Virus record (IMG/VR): IMGVR_UViG_3300031857_000056
Coordinates: 1-38,589 of that record
Reading direction: 5' to 3' (one strand)
Length of the DNA stretch: 38,589 bases
Source of the DNA: a virus
Taxonomy: Duplodnaviria; Heunggongvirae; Uroviricota; Caudoviricetes
This document shows, piece after piece, positions 34,928 through 38,589 of this stretch; position 1 is the first letter of the stretch, and each line of letters opens with the position of its first letter. The position numbers and the translations under genes were made by a program. The notes beneath the pieces were generated by a model that did no database searches, was not told the DNA's origin, and was given only the letters and a program-made list of their open reading frames with translations.

Positions 34928-37900
34928 ATGTCATTACTTAAAATACGACCATATCTAATTAATTCAGGTTCATTCACAGGATCTTTCAGTGGTACAGGCA
35001 GTTATGCTCGTAGAGCACTAACAGCTAGTTATGTATTGGGAGGCGCAGCTGGATCCAGTGGCACAAGTGGCGCAAATGGTAGTAGCGGTACATCAGGCAA
35101 TAGTGGCACAAGTGGAACAAGTGCTACTGCTGGTAGTAGTGGTACAAGCGGAGTTGGTTCGCCAGGCACAAGTGGCACGGCAGGATCCAGTGGTACAAGC
35201 AGTACCGCAACGGTGCAAACAGGCAGTATCGCGAAACAAACACTTTGGACCAATGTAACCTCAGGTAGCACAAACACCATAACTGGACTAAGCTTAAGTA
35301 GCAACAAGTGGGATGTAAGTGTGGTGGAAGAATGGGATGCTGCGACATTGGATCAATATTATAACAGTTCTAGCTTATTGTGCCACTTTGATAGTTTGAA
35401 TCCTGCGGGAAGATTTATTGATAGTAGCAGAAACAATTTTACGATTACTTCTAACGGTGATTCTAGATTAAGCACTTCACAATATAAATTTGGAGGAGCA
35501 AGTGCATATTTTGATGGCACGGCTGATAATCTTTTAATTAACTATAATAACGCATTTAATTTATCGGGTGATTTTACAATTGAAGTTTGGTTTTATCCGA
35601 TTACTTTAAATGGTGGAATGATTTTAAATTTTGCAGGTGGATTGAATATAGCTTGGGCAAGTTACGAACTGGTTAATAACACAGATGGTATTAATTTCGC
35701 CGGTAGTTCTGCGAATAATGGATATGATATTGGTTCTGAAACAGGTGCTACTGGAAGAATAGGAACGGTTAGTGTAAATACTTGGAATCATATAGCAGTT
35801 ACTAGACAAGGAAATGTATATAGAGGATATATTAACGGTGTTCAAGGTTACACACAAACTTTGGCACTTACTCCATATAATCCAAACGCGAGAGGATTAG
35901 CAATAGGTAGTAATTATGCTACTACTTGGGGTGTTACACCAGCAACTGTTTTAAATGGTTATTTAGACGAATTAAGAATTACCAAAGGTGTAGCTAGATA
36001 TACTGCTAATTTTACCCCATCTAATGCACCATTTCCAAATTCAAGAAATCAAGTGCTTACAAAGTATGTAGGTTTGGTTGGTGGTATTGATGACAAGTAT
36101 GTGGATTATGGAGTGCAAAAGTTGAGTGATAGTTCGCTTAAATTGACACGATTAACTTATCCAAATCAACCTATAGTTGGTAGTGGGTCTTTAAGTGGTA
36201 GTGTGAATAGGGTATATGTAAATGTGCTTGATTATACAAAGGTTAGTGTAACGAGCAGTTATTCATTATTATCTAAGACTGCTAGTTATGCTTTAAATGC
36301 TTCTGGTGGGGGTGGTAGTACATTAAGAACAGGTAGTTTGTATCCTATAACTGCTAGTTGGTCACGTAGAGCTATTACGGCTAGTTATGCGTTGAATGGT
36401 GGTACTGCTCTTGTAAATCAAACATTGAATTATGTGAGTGGTAGTAATTTATATACTTTAAGCAGAAGCGTAGTTTCCCCCAGTGATGTGTTGTTGAGTG
36501 TAAATGGTATTATACAAACACCCATAACAGATTATACTGTAAGTGCTAGTAAAGTTACATTTACAGAAAGTTATCCTTCGGGTAGTAAAATTAATGCTAG
36601 ATATTTGGTAACTGCTACAAATAGTAGTGATGTTAATTTAGCCAATATAGTATTGACAGGCACAACAACAGGTGATGCTTATTATCCACAAGTTGCTGCA
36701 TTGTTACACTTTGATGGTGTAAATGGTAGTACCACTATAACAGACAATAGCAAAAATAACTTAACTGTTACTTCAGTTAATGGCACTGCCATAAGCACTG
36801 CGCAAAGTAAATTTGGTGGTGCAAGTGTATTGTTTGACGGTACGAACGATTATCTTTCTATAGCAAGCAATTCAGTATTTGACTTACTTGGAGATTATAC
36901 GATTGAATTTTGGGCATATAGTTCAAATTTTGCAGCCGGTAATATGGGATATTTACACAGAGGATTTTATACTACGGGTACAGCCACTTGGTCAGGACTA
37001 TCATTTTCAATTAGAGGACTTAGCACATTAATAAGATTTTATTTTTATGCAACTACATCTGCGAATGAACAAAAAATAGATGTATCTCTTCCATCTAATA
37101 ATGCATGGCATCATTTTGCAATGGTAAAATCAGGTACAACTGGTACAGTTTATGTAGATGGAACATTAGCAGGAACAATTACTTCATTAAATACACCTGC
37201 GGCTAGTTCACAAACTTTGAGAATAGGAGTATGGGATTATAGTGCTGCATCAGAATATTTTAACGGTTATATAGATGAATTGCGAATAACGAATGGGTAT
37301 GCAAGATATACCGGTAATTTTACGCCATCTACCACTGCATTTTCTAATACTGGTGGTGATGTAGGTAAATCGTTGGTAGTAAATAGTACTGCTACAGGTG
37401 TTAGTATTGGTACCGCTGGTTTTAATTTAAATTCTAGCAATATTAATCGTATTATTAATGGTGCTATGGCAGTTGACCAAAGAAATGCTGGTGCAGCACA
37501 AACAATTACTGCTGCGGCTGCATTAGCTTATACAGTGGATAGATGGTATGCATATTGTACTGGGGCTAATGTTACTGGACAAAGAATCACTGGTTCGGCT
37601 AATAATCAATTTGCTTATAGATTTACAGGTGCGGCTAGTGTTACTGCTATTGGATTTGGACAAAGAATAGAAGCGGCTAATAGTATTGATTTGGCAGGAT
37701 CTACTGCAACACTTGGTGTAGATTTGGCTAATAGTGTATTGACTAGTGTAACTTGGACGGCTTATTATGCTAATACTTCGGATACATTTGGTACATTGGC
37801 AAGTCCAACTAGAACACAAATATCGACGGGTACATTTACTGTAACTAGTACATTGACTAGATATAGCGCACAAATATTTATTCCATCAGCGGCTATTACA

Positions 37901-38344
37901 GGTCTTGAAATTGTATTTAGTGTTGGTGCTCAAACATCTGGTACTTGGACTATAGACAATGTTCAATTAGAAGCAGGTCCATTAGCAACACCATTTGAAA
38001 GACGCATGATTGGACAAGAATTAATATTGTGTCAAAGATATTTTGCATCTATTAATGGAGCTATAGGTGCAGGTAGCGAATTAAATACATCAGCTGCATA
38101 TATAAAACTACCATTGTCTGTTACGATGCGAGCAGATAATCAAACCGTCACATTATCAACAGGAAATTCTATATCAGTTGATTTATTTGGTACCGGTACA
38201 TCAACTACTTCTACCAGCAATGTAACTATCACTGCGAATCGAGCCGGTATACTTTTTAATATTAACAGTTTATCACCATCACAAGGAGCAACTGGTGTAC
38301 CCGCAACAATTTTAGGAACTGTTTCGGTTTCATCCGAATTATAA
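34928..38344 (+). CDS. Fibre protein: two LamG domains plus a C-terminal carbohydrate-binding-like module
   Basis: One scaffolded and one free LamG; NRIINGAMAVDQR...VDRW...QLEAG..ATPFERR...ELILCQRY module. Confidence 0.8.
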   Translation: MSLLKIRPYLINSGSFTGSFSGTGSYARRALTASYVLGGAAGSSGTSGANGSSGTSGNSGTSGTSATAGSSGTSGVGSPGTSGTAGSSGTSSTATVQTGSIAKQTLWTNVTSGSTNTITGLSLSSNKWDVSVVEEWDAATLDQYYNSSSLLCHFDSLNPAGRFIDSSRNNFTITSNGDSRLSTSQYKFGGASAYFDGTADNLLINYNNAFNLSGDFTIEVWFYPITLNGGMILNFAGGLNIAWASYELVNNTDGINFAGSSANNGYDIGSETGATGRIGTVSVNTWNHIAVTRQGNVYRGYINGVQGYTQTLALTPYNPNARGLAIGSNYATTWGVTPATVLNGYLDELRITKGVARYTANFTPSNAPFPNSRNQVLTKYVGLVGGIDDKYVDYGVQKLSDSSLKLTRLTYPNQPIVGSGSLSGSVNRVYVNVLDYTKVSVTSSYSLLSKTASYALNASGGGGSTLRTGSLYPITASWSRRAITASYALNGGTALVNQTLNYVSGSNLYTLSRSVVSPSDVLLSVNGIIQTPITDYTVSASKVTFTESYPSGSKINARYLVTATNSSDVNLANIVLTGTTTGDAYYPQVAALLHFDGVNGSTTITDNSKNNLTVTSVNGTAISTAQSKFGGASVLFDGTNDYLSIASNSVFDLLGDYTIEFWAYSSNFAAGNMGYLHRGFYTTGTATWSGLSFSIRGLSTLIRFYFYATTSANEQKIDVSLPSNNAWHHFAMVKSGTTGTVYVDGTLAGTITSLNTPAASSQTLRIGVWDYSAASEYFNGYIDELRITNGYARYTGNFTPSTTAFSNTGGDVGKSLVVNSTATGVSIGTAGFNLNSSNINRIINGAMAVDQRNAGAAQTITAAAALAYTVDRWYAYCTGANVTGQRITGSANNQFAYRFTGAASVTAIGFGQRIEAANSIDLAGSTATLGVDLANSVLTSVTWTAYYANTSDTFGTLASPTRTQISTGTFTVTSTLTRYSAQIFIPSAAITGLEIVFSVGAQTSGTWTIDNVQLEAGPLATPFERRMIGQELILCQRYFASINGAIGAGSELNTSAAYIKLPLSVTMRADNQTVTLSTGNSISVDLFGTGTSTTSTSNVTITANRAGILFNINSLSPSQGATGVPATILGTVSVSSEL

Positions 38345-38350
38345 AATTTT

Positions 38351-38589
38351 ATGGCAACCAAACCTTTTTTATCACAAATCGCAGTACCTGTTGGAACAAC
38401 AACAGGTGATGTTTATTATCCACAAACCAGCTTATTGATGCATTTTAATGGTACAAATGGTAGTACCACTATGACAGATAATAGCAAAAATAACTTAACT
38501 GTTACTTCAGTTAATGGCGCTGCCATAAGTACTGCACAAAGCAAATTCGGCGGCAGTAGCGTATTATTTGACGGTACAAATGATTATTT
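38351..38589 (+). CDS. Partial LamG-containing virion protein, truncated by the window end
   Basis: Hand translation MATKPFLSQIAVPVGTTTGDVYYPQTSLLMHFNGTNGSTTMTDNSKNNLTVTSVNGAAISTAQSKFGGSSVLFDGTNDY; no stop before the window end. Confidence 0.8.
   Translation, partial: MATKPFLSQIAVPVGTTTGDVYYPQTSLLMHFNGTNGSTTMTDNSKNNLTVTSVNGAAISTAQSKFGGSSVLFDGTNDY

Noticed and set aside
14479-35348. Many Pro/Leu/Val-rich antisense or alternate-frame ORFs (e.g. 14479-15003, 31832-32140, 35029-35307, 10596-11087)
   Set aside because: Shadow frames of the Gly-Ser-Thr repeats in the long plus-strand CDSs.
18911-36240. Shufflon/invertible cassettes or inteins
   Set aside because: All units are direct and in frame, with no recombinase or inverted sites; no Cys/Ser start or His-Asn end intein motifs.

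Overview
AT-rich fragment of a large tailed bacteriophage (jumbo/huge-phage-like); no host chromosomal genes are recognisable. (1) 1-2803 is an RNA-gene array on +. It holds 11 CCA-ending tRNA genes, several atypical: two UAU tRNAs with a shared 24-nt variable arm, a Gly(ACC), two short-arm Leu and two non-canonical CAU tRNAs. Four unexplained structured non-tRNA segments lie between them, along with a Zn-finger/PD-(D/E)XK endonuclease, sigma70-type promoters and five rrn boxA-like motifs. (2) 2807-5489 has four minus-strand genes, two of them virion-like. (3) 5564-10778 is an accessory block: two 2OG-Fe(II) oxygenases, a GNAT, an unannotated DUF1289-like ORF and a HAD-metallopeptidase fusion. 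(4) 10780-38589 is a ~28-kb run of modular fibre/virion proteins built from Gly-Ser-Thr repeats, 12 LamG/ConA-like domains, three six-repeat propellers, a Gly-rich domain and small chaperone-like genes. Seven of the LamG domains sit inside a conserved split scaffold. The best candidates for undescribed biology are the tRNA-punctuated, boxA-led ncRNA array and the recombination-shuffled lectin/propeller fibre repertoire. All family assignments come from motif recognition and hand folding; no database search or folding program was run.
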